Source of the DNA: Adineta vaga
Lineage: Eukaryota; Animalia; Rotifera
NCBI GenBank assembly: GCA_021613535.1
Contig: CP075494.1
Location: 8,122,001 to 8,186,000 of the forward strand
Length of the DNA stretch: 64,000 bases
Reading direction: 5' to 3'
A program made the translations under genes and the position numbers. Positions 1 to 13,586 of the stretch are shown here, one piece after another. The notes beneath the pieces were generated by a model. It was not told the origin of the DNA. It did no database searches and saw only the letters and a program-made list of their open reading frames with translations. Each line of letters begins with the position of its first letter. Position 1 is the stretch's first letter.

Positions 1-2
1 CC

Positions 3-443
3 ACGCATCAAATAAAAACTAATCACTTTGATTTAGTTATTGTTCGTGATGCATTACAACATATGCATATTCAAAATGGTTTAAAAGCAGTACGTAATGT
101 AATCATGTCTGGAGCGAAATTCTTTGCTCTAAGTAGCTATGCTCCATATGGTAGATCATCGGAGAAAAGTACGCGTTCAATTGGTAAAAACGAATCATTA
201 CCGCAGACAATCCCAAATTGTGGATCGGTAGATTATTGTAAACTTGGACAAATAAAAGATGGTGGTATGTATTCAAATAATATTAACTGCTATCCGTTTA
301 ATTTTCCGTTGAATAAAGCAATATTATTACAACCATCTCATTATAAATTTCCTATTGATACTGATGAAATGCATATTTATATGATAGATGATGAATTAAA
401 ACGTATTGTAGCAAAATACGATACAGCTTGTCTAGAAAAATGA
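3..443 (+). CDS. 3' part of a class I SAM-dependent methyltransferase-like protein (5' end outside window)
   Basis: Frame is open from nt 3: THQIKTNHFDLVIVRDALQHMHIQNGLKAVRNVIMSGAKFFALSSY, resembling the 'DLI.CRD.L.H...G...L.N...SG..Y' methyltransferase segment; TGA at 441-443. Confidence 0.6.
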   Translation, partial: THQIKTNHFDLVIVRDALQHMHIQNGLKAVRNVIMSGAKFFALSSYAPYGRSSEKSTRSIGKNESLPQTIPNCGSVDYCKLGQIKDGGMYSNNINCYPFNFPLNKAILLQPSHYKFPIDTDEMHIYMIDDELKRIVAKYDTACLEK

Positions 444-1826
444 TTCACAAATTGAATCCAACTAGTTGAACATTAAATGTTTTGTTTTGTTTTGTTTTGA
501 TTGTCGATAGTTATTTTATCTTACTTCAATAATATATACGATACAAGAAAATGATTGCCAAGCGTCTTCATATCTTAGCATGTACTTCAAAGTCGTTGCT
601 TGTTTAGTAACATGAAATTTGAAGATTTTATCATTAAATGCCATTAAAACGACTTAAACTATGACGCAGAAGATTGATACATCATCTATTACATACGTCA
701 CAGTTTCTTTTTATCTTTTTTTTTATTGACGTCGTCATAGGAAGTACGTCTTGTCAGAACTCAACAAAGTAAATTTCAAGAAACGATCTCTCTAAAAAAA
801 AGGATTCTCTTTTAACTATTAAAACATTTTTATTTTTTGTGTATTGTCATTAGTCTTGATAGTCTCAATCTTTCCTGAATATGATGAAGATTTAGCATGA
901 TAAAAGTGTATTTAACGTGTCATAAGATGGAATGATTTCTCTTTTGCATCTGTCGACTAGTTATCACTCATTATAATTATTGATATATAATCGTCTTTTC
1001 AACTAAATAATAATAACATTCGTGTCAGGCAAATAACTATACTACGGCTAAGTTGAAGTATTATAAGAGTCAAAAAGAAAGTACATTCATTTGAAAACTT
1101 TACGATGTCTCATATCGTTTTTTTCATTTATAAAAACGTCCATTTCGATGCATAGTACATTTGACAAACACAATGTAATCACAAGCATTTTGTCCATAAA
1201 TACGCAAAGTATTCAGATAAGATTACATTTCAAAGGTGAATAGAATTCCAACCGAAGCTCTTTTAAATATTTGCGATCATTTTTCCATCTCAATAAGAAA
1301 ATGCTTTAAATTGACTTAATATTTTGAAGTACAATAATAATAACATGCGTTTAATCGTATATATTAACATTAATCCTTATTTATTTTTCTGTAATCTAGT
1401 TGTTAACAACAATCTCATATTGAGTATGCTTTTGAATATATATTAGCTGAATATCAGCGAGAAAGTTCTGTGTTCTTTGTCAGATCCAACACCAGTCGCA
1501 AGTTCCCTCTATCGTTTTAAAGTCGAGAGTATACGGAGAAGAAAGAATGCGAGATTCAAATCCACATAGCATGGTATTAACAGTGGCGTATTTTTTTATG
1601 ATGTGCCTTTTTCTCTTCTCTTTCTCTAACTCACGCTTTCCGTCTTCAGACAGTCACAATTTTGTAGGCGAAGAAAGCTGACACATAAAAAAAAATAATG
1701 ATCTATTCTTTTTACTTTTTTTATTCCGTTCTCATCTTTCTCTTTACAATCTAAGAGTTAGTTGTCTCAACAGAGATTATTTTGATCTCTTTGTTGCTTT
1801 TTTTCTTCTTTTTTTATTATTAATCC

Positions 1827-4800
1827 ATGTTGGCCATTGGAAATAATTCTAATAGTGGTTTTGATTTAATTTTACATATTTTTTGTTACTTACTTCTTCC
1901 CGGTTGGATTCTTCTTGCCATATTTCATCTACTTGGTTTTACATTTGGGTAAGAGAAAATTTGATATGTAGAAATGGATATTCGAACTATACTCTATAAT
2001 TCACATATAAAATTGTCCTTGGTATTCAATTTCGATAACATTTACTATGATTCATTCATACAAAAATGAGTCATTAGAAACGAAAAATAGATTTTTTTAT
2101 GATTCACCAAAAAAGGAACAAGATTAGTAATCAAGATAAGACGAAAACTTAATTAAGTACATCATAATTCTATGACTCATTTTTCGTAGAAAAAGGAGAC
2201 TATTAAAAAAATTCATTTACATAATTATGATATTAAGATCTATGTAGATAGAAAAAAGTACATATTGTCACATACCGCAATCATTTGTTAGGAAAAGAAT
2301 GCTTTTGATAGTTTTCTAAATAAGCAAAGTATATAGAAATATGAATGTATCTATTGACTTTCTCTCAGACTCTTGACAACAATCAAATTGAAATAAAAGA
2401 AAATGTTTTGAACATCGTACATAGTAGCGATGAAATGGAAAAAAATAACAGTAAAATGGTTGTCATAGGCAATTCTTTTTCCTCTTCTTCTCGACAGTCT
2501 GGAGAATCGTTACTAATGCATTACCTCTCTCTGTCTCTCTCATTCATTCCATCATTTTTCTCATTTCATTCTGTCATTTATTTTATTAAAAAAATCGTTA
2601 CTCTCTCTCTCTCTCTTTTTCTTCTTTACTTCGTTCTTTAACTTAGTTTTTACATTGAATCTCACCGTCAATCAGCTATTTATTTTCTTTTTCCTGTCTC
2701 ATCTCTATTCCTTATACTCTGTTATATATCTCGTTACATTCTTAACAACAAATACAAATAAATCGGTACACAACAAATGCAAAAGTGTCGATGAAAAAGT
2801 TCTATTCAAGTAGTCTCAGCAATTGGTCATGTTATTCCTTCATTTTGTTTATCTTCTCGCTCTTACCATCACTCTTGTTCTCTCCATACTAGTCATCATT
2901 TTAGTTTGGTTATTTCATATGGGTGGCATGAGTTATGGGTAAGAAATCAACATACATTTATTTCTCGAACAACAATCGACTTTCAAGACGTTTCATCTTA
3001 GTTTTCTCGAGAAAGTATAGTTATCGAACATTGAGTCTTCTCGTAATAAGGTCTATTTCTCACTTGGATATCACAGTAATAAGGTTAAGAAAGAAGCTGG
3101 AAATTGAAGAGTTGTTGGTTATTTCCGCATGCCATCAAATCAATGTTTATTCTCCCCGTCTGTTTCTATTTATCTATTTCTATGAGTCAATAAATGATCA
3201 TATTCTCAATAATGAGAATTTGACACGATCGGTATGACTATTTTTTCGGGGAAAGATTCAAAAAGACAATCGTCATTTGTGTATGCGGTAGACATGTTAT
3301 GATTACGATCAGAATCACAAAAATTCTGTTTTCATGTTCTTGAAAGTAGATGAGAACGAGAAGAAAAATATAGGTTAAAATGAATAAAATCAACAATCTA
3401 TTCACATATTTTACGCAAAACCTTCAACTATTTTTTAATTTTTCTTTATTAGTTACTATACATTCCATCGAAAACCATCACCAAATAATATCAAAGAATT
3501 ACCAGGAATCTCAATTATCAAACCATTAACATGCACTGATGCTAATCTATATGAAAATTTGAAGACATTCTTCAATTTAAAATATCCTCGTGTATGTCAA
3601 CACATCATTTTATTTTTGTTCATACAGAATTCATCTTTCACTTTCTATTTTAGTATGAAGTTCTTTTTTGTATTCAAGAACATAATAGTGAATTAATTGA
3701 TATTATCGAACGATTACGTGCACAATATCCACATGTTGAATCACAATTATTCGTTAGTATGTACAAACGAAATGCCTGAAAATTTGAGATAGAAACAAAT
3801 AATCTTTGATTTTTTCTTTAGGCTCAAAAAAGTTTCCGTCCGACGATGAAACATCTAAAGTTGAAACAAATGAAATAAAAAATCCGAAAATATTTAATAT
3901 GTTATCAGCTTATGATAAAGCTCAGTATCCATTATTTTTAATATCAGATAGTGGTTTATTGATGCATGAAGATACATTATATGATATGGCTTTATGTATG
4001 AGAGATGATGTTGGTCTTGTTCATCAGATGCCATTTACTTGTGATAGAAAAGGCTTTGCTGGATCAGTTGAAAAGGTTCGAAAAATAAATAGAAAAAAAA
4101 GTGCTTCTTTTTCTTTTCAATAGATCAAAGAATGCTTGATTAGATAGGGAAGATTAATCGAGATAGAGATTGATAGCTATCCAAGCATGTGATTATATCA
4201 TAATTTGTTAATAATCCTTTTTTTCAGTCTTTTGGACAATCGACTTGACATATTGTATTTTGCGATGAATGTGACTGATTTTTAGGATCTAATAAAGAAA
4301 ACATTTTTCGTCTTTCTTTTAGGTTTATTTCGGTACTCAACATGCGCGTATGTATATGACGATCAATCTGATTGGTATCAACTGTGTGACGGGAATGTCA
4401 TGTTTAATGCGTAAAGAAATCATCGATCGTGTTGGTGGTTTAAAAGCTTTTGGTAATTATATTGCGGAAGATTTTTATTTTGCTGCTGAAGTTACTAAAC
4501 AAGGTTGGAAAATTCGTGTTGCACCTATTCCTGCTCTACAAAATTCTGGTGATTATTCTATATCAATATGGCTTGAACGAATGATTCGTTGGTTTAAATT
4601 ACGAATGCGTTTAAGTCCATTGGCTTATATAGAACCATTACAAGAATGTTTTACTTCTGCTGCTCTTGCCGGTGTTGTGACAAATTATTTATTTGAATGG
4701 AATGCGCTTGTTGTTGCTGCTTGTCATATTTTGTTATGGTTTCTTTTTGATTATTTTATGCTTCGAATAACACAAGTAAGTTTTAAGAAAAAGGAAAACA

Positions 4801-5132
4801 AAGGAAATTATTTTGCTTTGAAACAATTACTTTTTTCTTTCTTTCTTTCAAAGGGTGGACCACTTCCTTTTTCTAAATTTGAATTTGCTATTGCATGGCT
4901 TGTGCGAGAACTTTCGGCATATTACATCTACTTCAAAGCGTTTACCGGCTCATCGACAATACGTTGGCGAGGAAAGGAATATCGTTTAGGATCCGGTACG
5001 CGAGCTGTGGAGATCTTTTCTCCACCTACATCATCCGTTCCTACAATTGTTGTTGAAACATCATCTATATCATCGTCATCGTCATCGAATTCCATATTGG
5101 CAGGAACACATCTATTATCTCCTTCATTATAA
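1827..5132 (+). CDS. UGCG: Ceramide glucosyltransferase (glucosylceramide synthase, GT21), multi-exon
   Basis: Exon 1 1827-1948 (N-terminal TM) splices to 3453 (LPGISIIKPL..DANLYENLKTFFNLKYPR); later exons give ISDSG, VHQMPF, CVTGMSCLMRK, IAEDF and RMIRW (D,D,D,(Q/R)xxRW motifs). Confidence 0.95.
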
Positions 5133-5946
5133 AGTTCAAAAAATAATTCTTTATTTTCTAATTACGTGCTGGTCACGTTGAACTTTTCATATTATCGAAG
5201 TCAATGATGGAGATAATATGATACTATTATTCACCGGAGACATTTCAATACAAGATTTGCCACGCCAAAATGTAGCATTTATGTTTTTTTTCGTTCTTTC
5301 TTGTTGTCTTTTATATGTTTACTGATTAATATATTACAAAGAGAAAAAAAAGGAATAGAATATTTCCAAAAATGAATCATTAAACTATGTTCGACTAGCA
5401 AGAATATCACACATTCTGTAAAAGAATGTCAGTGAAGAGAAAAGAGCGTGATAATATGCTTGAAATATAATGTCTAGAATTATTATTCTTTTTATTACAA
5501 GACTGTTTCTATATGGTCTATTCTACTAATGAAGATTGCCGATAAAAAAAAGTTCATATAATACTTATTGAATTGCGGCAGTATTTATAATTTATGATAG
5601 TATTATAAGATTCATTGTATTACAAGTCATATCAATCGGTCTATTCCTTTTAAACATTGTAAATAAAAATTTGTCGTTGAGTGCAAAAAACAAGGGATCT
5701 AATTAGCATTTTTTTTTCAGGCAATTTATAATTTATTAGGAAGTTAGATATTCAGAAACAATAGAGAATGTCATGATGAGAGGAGATGTTTTATTAAAAT
5801 ATAAGAAAACAAATTGGACAGAATGAGACTAAAAGAATGATAAATCTTGTTTAATGAAAGTTCGTTTCGATTGAATAGATTCTTTTATCTTGTCTCTAGG
5901 AAAAATAAATGAAATTATTTTCATCGAGAATAAGAGTTTTTTTTCA

Positions 5947-6503
5947 TTACCATTCATCTGTTGTTTGTGATTCAATTTGTTTTTCATTATTCGCAACATT
6001 TGTTGTTGTTTGGGATTCAACTTGTTCCTCCTTATTCATCACATTTATTGTTGATGTGTCATTAGTAGATTCTTCAACAATCTTTACTTCATATTCTTGT
6101 TCATTTGCTGTTGATACAGTAGCAGTACTTGTTTCTGGTTTGATAATTCCACGACGAATACAAGCATCTCGAAGTTCTAATACATCTTTACTTGGTGCAT
6201 CCGATTGACGACGTGAATTATCTTGACCATTGAGAGAATCATAGGACATATATAACCCGTACCACTTACAAGTTTTCGTATATATGCTGATGATGATATG
6301 ACACCACCATCTGTACCTGTACATTTATCTAGTGTTGCATCTAAGGATTTTTTATTTTTAACATGTTCTTTCTTCTTGGTTTTCTTTTCTAATGTTGCTG
6401 CTTTACCATTTTGATGAGTCGTAACTGTAACCGTACTTTTTTCGTGTCCATTGACTGTTTTTAATGTTGATATTGCTTTTGATTTACCGATGATGCTACC
6501 CAT
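5947..6503 (-). pseudogene. Small Lys-rich then acidic protein (MG start, possible myristoylation) interrupted by a frameshift near 6250
   Basis: MGSIIGKSKAIS...DKCTGTDGGVISSSAYI in one frame and SYDSLNGQDNSRRQSDAPSKDVLELRDACIRRGII...TTDEW* in another; removing one AT unit from 'ggttatatatgtcc' joins them (GYMSYDSL). Confidence 0.55.
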
Positions 6504-7065
6504 AATTTGTAGGATAAATAATGTACTAAGACAAACGTGATGGTCAACAACGCTTGTATGCGAAAAATGAAACAAGTTTGTCTGAGAATAGAGAGCGGCA
6601 AGAAAAATGAAGGTGGAGATAACAATGGAATGTAGATGTGCGTGTGAGAGAAAGGGGGGGGGGATGGTTCTTTCCTCAAATCTTGAATTGTATTCATATT
6701 ACTAAAAAAACCAATTCGTGCAGATTATCTTTTCTGAATGAGAGAAGTATTTATTACATTTCGGACAACGTGAAAATATGAAGAATGTAATTCGTAATGA
6801 ATGTTTTAATAAATTTAGTTGTAAGGGAAATATCATATCAACTGATATACTTTTGGTTTGAATTTATGATGAAGAGGAAAAATTCAGAATGAAAGGTATT
6901 GATAGACGAAGTCGCCCTCTCTCTTTCTCAGTAAATGATAACTTTGTCGTTAATATCGTGGTAGAGGTTTCGGTGTTGTTTCTTATAGGTCGAAAAGATT
7001 TACACGTGAAGTAAATGTCAATAATTGATATTGATTCTCAGCTCACTTTCATTTGACAGTACATC

Positions 7066-7576
7066 ATGGCTTCGTGGTCATTATTTCGTCTCGTTTGTTT
7101 ATTTCATGCTTTTATTGATATATTCATGGGCTTATTGATGATATTTAGTATTAGTACTATCTCTCGTATAGCTCATGGTGATGAAATAACAAATAAATTG
7201 CATTTAATCGATGACGATGAAAAATCTCGATTGATTCAAACATCAGAATCTCTTGTAGGTATGATGCTTATCTTCATCGGTGTTCTTCTTTATATGGTAT
7301 CATCTCTAGAAGATAAAAAATTTCAACGGTAAAAAGTTCAATTTGATTTTTTCCATTGTCTAATATATTTTATTTATTCAATACAGATATTTTTCAAAAG
7401 GTTGCATTTTAATCCATATATTATTAGCGTGCTGGAGAATATTTGTCGAAGCTAAAATTCAAGTACTACAAAAAGATGTCCATGGACAAATTATAACAGA
7501 TTTAGTCTTTGCTGGAACATGGCTGATAGTTCTTCTTCTTACGAGAGATGCAACTAAAGCTGTAAAGAATGAATGA
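7066..7576 (+). CDS. Uncharacterised 4-TM membrane protein resembling a land-plant family; 2 exons (7066-7328, 7387-7576)
   Basis: Spliced product MASWSLFRLVCLFH...HGDEITNKL...LIQTSESLVGMMLIFIGVLLYMVSSLEDKKFQRYFSKGCILIHILLACWRIFVE...QIITDLVFAGTW; 58-nt GT-AG intron. Confidence 0.8.
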
Positions 7577-7828
7577 CATTGAAGATATTCATCAGAAAGA
7601 ACATTTCGATTTTTTCTGGTGGTAACTCATTGCTTTGCTCTAGATGATTGGATATCTGTATAGACTAGTATACCTATTTCGTGTATATGGATCGAGGTTA
7701 TACTTCAACATCAGTTTTAATGAATTTCTTATTCACTATATGTATTTATTCAGAATAGTATGATTTGAATATTTAAAAAAATCATGTAAAAAAACCACAA
7801 AACAATCTGAAATATTTGTTTTTCTGTT

Positions 7829-9115
7829 TTAACTAACAATCAAATGTCGAGTGAAATACCAAATAAATACCGGTTGAATACAAACAACTAATAAAAGTAA
7901 ATAAATGCGACGTTTACTTCGACTTGAATTATACATCTGAGAACCACCGGTATCCGATAAGATTTGTAATCGTAAACATTTCATCTAAATGAACGTATTG
8001 AAAAAGAATTCATCAATATCATGAAAGATTACATACAAGAAAGTATGAAATTGATAAATTAATATAAAGTAACGAACAATAATAGATAAATACGGAATGT
8101 GTTATTAAATAGGAAAATATAACAGCGATCATACCAACATATTTATAACCACAATATGCAATTAAATCAAATGTACGTAATTTAGATTGAATACTGAAAA
8201 TGTAAAAAATAAAACGAATAAAACAAAGTTCGATCAGATTCCAAACCAGAACAGAAAAGGCATGTGCGCCTAATTGTTCCGGCGTAAATCTATAAAATAA
8301 TGATAAATTTTCTTTGATATAAAAACTACGAATTACCGATTTTGTATACCAAGAACAAGACCAACAACAAGAACATAAGTCATAGCACTCATTACTGAAA
8401 AAGAAAATCATCTTCTCATGAAAACTATCATATTGAAATAAAGATAATTACATGGAATGTAATAATCAGGTGCATTTGTGTCTACTCGAGGTGGAACTGG
8501 TTCATCAGCACTGTAATTAAGTGACCAATTCTATATATATATATGAAAGAACAATTCAAATCAATATAATTAGTCAATGGATTGAAATCATCCTACTCTT
8601 GGTCGAAATGGAAATAAAATTAACCAAAGTTTTTTAAAAACATATGCTTGATCAACAGCAAAATAGTATCTTATTGATGATAGAGATTTTTTCATCTAAG
8701 ATTATGAAATTATTTAGTGAAGAGAAAAAAACAGGATCAAGTTATATCGTACATCATCTGGTAACATATTAACAGTTTTGCCGGTAATATCTTTCATACC
8801 GTCACCAACAGCTTTCATTCCAACATGAAGAAATGGATTATTTGTTAGCAGTTCCATGCCATGTATTGGTTGATTTGATGGAGGATAGAATGCCGTTTGT
8901 GGAGAGAAAAACGCATTTGCAGATGAAGTTGAATGAGCTATAGATGAAAAGCATAGAATCTTTTTTCAAATCGGTAAAAGAAGCGGAAGAATAGAAACCG
9001 TTTAGTTCTGTAGTTCGTGGTTGAAACGGAGCAGTTGGTCGATCCATGGGATCACCTATAAACGATTCAATGAATAAAAAAAATGAATGTAGATTACTAA
9101 TTTACTAGAGTCCAT
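7829..9115 (-). CDS. YIF1: YIF1 family ER-Golgi trafficking membrane protein, multi-exon
   Basis: Motifs [56 protein letters not shown]; ends [10 protein letters not shown]. Confidence 0.9.
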
Positions 9116-9699
9116 GATGTTTCTTCTTGATTATATTAGATTACGCAATGAAAACGTGGTTCTGATGATTCAGACAAGCCACATGTAAAGTGAATATATT
9201 GGTTCGCAAATATTCAACAGAAAGAAGTGCAGGTGTTTCTTCTCCTATTAGATTAGTGACATCTACTATTTCGAAAGAATTCTACAATTAATTTCATATC
9301 TAAGTTTGTATTCTTTTTCTTCTCCTCCCTCATCTTCAAATCACTTATAATTACATGTCTAATATCATCAAATCAATTAGGCCATGCATTCTTATTTCAG
9401 ATATAAGACTATAGACATTCTGATGAGAAAATAATTGCCATAAATTAACAAGATTATTTTGATGAATGTCTTCTCTAGAGTTTCTATTTCAATCAAGGTG
9501 TAACTGGTTTTACATCATTCAACAAATGATGAATATATAAAATATACTACTAGCATATTATTTTATTTCGTTGTTATTCAACGATAGTAAAGTCAAAGAC
9601 AAAAAAAAGAAGAAAAACAAAGATTTCTATACAGAAATAATAGACAAACAAAAAGAGAGGAAAAATAATAATATTACAATGAGATCTGTTTCTTTAATA

Positions 9700-12103
9700 T
9701 TAACCATTAGTGATTTTTAATGATCTAAAAGCACTTAACCATTGTTGTTTATCATAGATGTCACGTGCTTGTAATAACATTGAATTATTTCGATTATTGT
9801 TATGATCTGAGGATGAAATAGATGAACAACGAAATACATTACGCGCTAAAAAGAAGAATTCAATTGATTCAGATATTTTTCACGGAAAATATTTTTACCT
9901 GATTTTGATCCAGCTAATGTTCTTGAAAAACTTCCTGATGATAATTCGGGAATTTTCATTCCATCTTCAATATCTTCAATACGTAAGAATTCTACTGAAA
10001 TTGGATAATTTGTTAGTTGATAAGATTTCACACCATTCCGTGTAGCAATACGAGTAAACAAAAGTATTTCATCAAATAAAAAGACATGGAGTTTCTAACA
10101 AAAAAGAAAAATATCGAAATTTTGTCTTTTCAAACACGAAATTATTCATCATACTTGACCACGATTGTTTTTCAATTCACCTTGACAAACTAAACGTGTT
10201 TGTGTTTCAATTAATGAATGTTTCTAGAAATTGAAAATAAAATCTTTGCTACAAAATTCTTTGAAAATCATCCTACTTGTTCATCATTTGTATAGACAAG
10301 TTTAGCAATTATATTCGAACAAATTTGTGCTGATGTTGCTTGACTAACATCATTGATTAATTCTTCGACAATATTAATCTAAAAGTAAACAATTTTATCA
10401 TCAATCTTCTCTATGTATGAATTTTAACATACCGTTTCGAGTAAGATTCGTTTATCTTCATGGCCATCTTTAGTCTAAAAATGGAAAAGAAATTTGTTAC
10501 TGTATGTCTGAGAGTATCGATTATGAAGAAGAAAAATACTCAATTTTAGTACAGTTAATTGTTTCTATTTTTTTCACACTTTAAGTCGAACAAAAACATG
10601 TTAGTATCGTTTTCAATCGGTTATATCAAAATGTGAAGTCAATCGTTTTTTTCTCTTTCTTCTTCTTCTGAAGATATCTTACTCGTTTATGTATACGTTT
10701 GAATAGAATTGGATATTTCATCAGACGACTTCGTGGTTGATCTAAAAGATTGAAATTCATGTGAACAAAGATTAGAAGAAATGGATGAAATACAAACCAA
10801 GAAAATCCCATAGATCAAGTTTACGACTAAAACCTGAATCAGTACATCGTTTGAGATAATCATCAACACGGCCATTTTCTTCACATCGTTTTGCATCTAA
10901 TAACTCTTTTGCATTGATTAAATTCGAACAATAGGATACATAAGATGAACGAATACGTTGAAACTAATTATTTATACAAATCAATACGAGAAAAATAATG
11001 ATTATATTTTAAATCTTACCCATTCTAAATAGATTTGACCAACAGTATCAATCGATGAATTACTTTTTGGTTTCAAACGATAGAGAAGATCTATGGAAGA
11101 AAAAGAAAACAAATATCAACTCTTTTTTCATTGGTAGTCAAAATAGAAATAAAACCTCCAGAAAGAATATCGTCCACGTTTTCTCTCGAGACGATGAAAC
11201 GAATGAAATATTCATACAAAAATCAAATGCTTACCTTCATGTAATGGTAAAATATCTTCTAATGGTCCAAAAATTTGTTTTAATTCTAAATCATTGAGAA
11301 TATTCAATGTTTTCATTCCATTTCGATAAACCTATTTAATGAAATATTAGTTTTGATAAAAAAATATATCGATTGGAAATTTCTTACTCGTTGTGCTAAA
11401 CCAAGATTTTCAATCATTTGTTGTTCTTCTGAAAATAATTCATAGAGAACATTTTGTCGTTCAATTTCTGTTGCTGTCATTGTTTGTTTTAATTTTTCTC
11501 CATCACAAGTTTCCGACCAAGCAGCACGAAACTTTTTTATTGTATTCGGTGATGAGACACCATTCGTTGTTTGTTGAGATGTTGAACCTTTTCGTCTGAT
11601 ATTATAACCATGAGTTGTTGTCGTGTTCGCATTATTACTATTCAAAAGATTATGTAGATTAGCTGATGATGATTGTTTTGTTGTTTGTAACATATTAATA
11701 ACTCTATCACACATCGGACTTAACAGTTCAGATACAGATGATAATCGTGGTAAAGAGAGACGTTTTTTTCGTTGAAAATGATCACCAACAAGTTCTTCAA
11801 GTGAACGAAGCGAAACTGTATCTGGTTCAAGTTTACGTTTACGTTTTTTCTTTAAAAGTTAAGAAGAAGAAGAAAAAAACATTAATCTATTGAAGAATTT
11901 CATTTATGATTACAAACCTTGAAACGAAGTGAAACTGAATTTTGTAATGCTGTAATATTCAATCGATTAGATATCGTCAAATCATCATTTATTGATAGTT
12001 GAGAAGATACTGATGGTGGTGGCATTTCATCGATAGATTCCATGTCGCATGAAGAAAGAGCAGGTGAAGGTGGTTGCCGTTCATAGGAACCAAACATTAT
12101 CAT
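9700..12103 (-). CDS. DH-PH Rho guanine nucleotide exchange factor, NET1/ARHGEF3-like, multi-exon
   Basis: EIERQNVLYELFSEEQQMIENL (DH start), LDLWDFL|DQPRSRLMKYPILFKRI, PH segment LHVFLFDEILLFTR...SYQLTNYPI, KQQWLSAFR; start codon approximate. Confidence 0.85.
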
Positions 12104-13586
12104 GGATAGGATGTAGATCTATAAATAAAAAAGAGCTATCATTCATTCGTTTGATCAGTAGAAAGAAAGAAGAAAGGAAATGTCTCAGGGTCAGTAGAGA
12201 GTAACAGCTGTCACTTTCTGTTCATCCAATAATCATTAGTTCGACGTCTATCTGTGAGTTGACCTCTTATGATAAGATGATGTAATCAAATTGTACAGTA
12301 TATTCTTTAACGATGATCAATCATCGTATATACAAAATGTCTCTTGTAGACAGTGAATGACCACAAATGATCATCGTCATCGTTGCTGTTCAATTCAGTC
12401 TACTTGTCTTGTCTGTACTGAAAACGAAGCAATCAATATAATTAGATTAGAATTGATCAGAATGACGGCAAGAAAAAGCAATCTTCAATTAAACACGAAC
12501 TGAAATACATTCTCATTTTCTTGACGACGAATAAAAACATGTCAGAAACGTTTTGTTGATATGATAAACAAATCTCTATATCATCTTCTGATGACACGCT
12601 AAAAGCGTCAAAAGGACTATCTCATTTTGTCGTCTACTATTTACTAGATAACTTTGGCAATGCAATCCACCTCTGCATGTCAACAGTCTTATTTGTCATT
12701 TCTATTACGCGGAAAGATATGAATAAGAATTCTTTGCGCAGTACAGTATAAATCGATCGTTTAGTCTTTTCTTTGTGCGTTAAAGAAGAAAAAATTGAAC
12801 TTATTGGTCGATTGAGACTACCATTTGAATCGTATAAGAAAAAATACAGCTGATATTTCTTTTCTTTGATAGAGGTCTATTGCCGAGACATCAAACAATT
12901 GAGATGGTTTTAAAATTTAATGATATTGAGTGCAATAAGTCTCGTTTCAGTTATTATTTGTTTACATTTCAAGTGCAAAGATCTTTTCTAGTTGACTTCA
13001 TTTCTTCGACAAAAGTATCGTCTGTTTTTGTCGAATGATACCCGTCAAACAATTATCTAATGTCTAAGTAAATATCCTATATATCAATAAAAGAATAACG
13101 GTTTGAAAGAAGAAATGCACTCTATATGTTTAAATTATAGATTAGTAATAAACTATGAAGTACAACTCTATAGACATCAAACAGATCGATAGACAATTAT
13201 ACGTTGCTTGATGATGGATATGATGAAACTTAATTGTCAACGTCTTACTATTATCACTAGAGAAGCGTCAAAAAATGTACCTAGATTTCGTCTGCAATAC
13301 TTGCAAAGGATTTATTGACCGAGAAATGAAATTTCGAATTGAAAATTATTCAATACTTTTGTAGGACATCAGAACGTTCTGGCATAATGCCAAGTATAAA
13401 ACAAATAGAATAAAGAACATACGTGATTAATTTTTTTTCTCTTCTTTCTCTTTTTTTGAATGAGAACAATTTTCAAACATGCAACTGTTTCTTATATACT
13501 TTCAAACATTTCTAAAGGCAACAGACATATTGTTATGTAATTATTCACCATTTTCTTTTGTAGAATTTTTATTTTGTACATAAAAA

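Noticed and set aside
2345-3237. ORFs inside the first UGCG intron
   Set aside because: Low-complexity, CT-rich, no motifs or coherent splice structure
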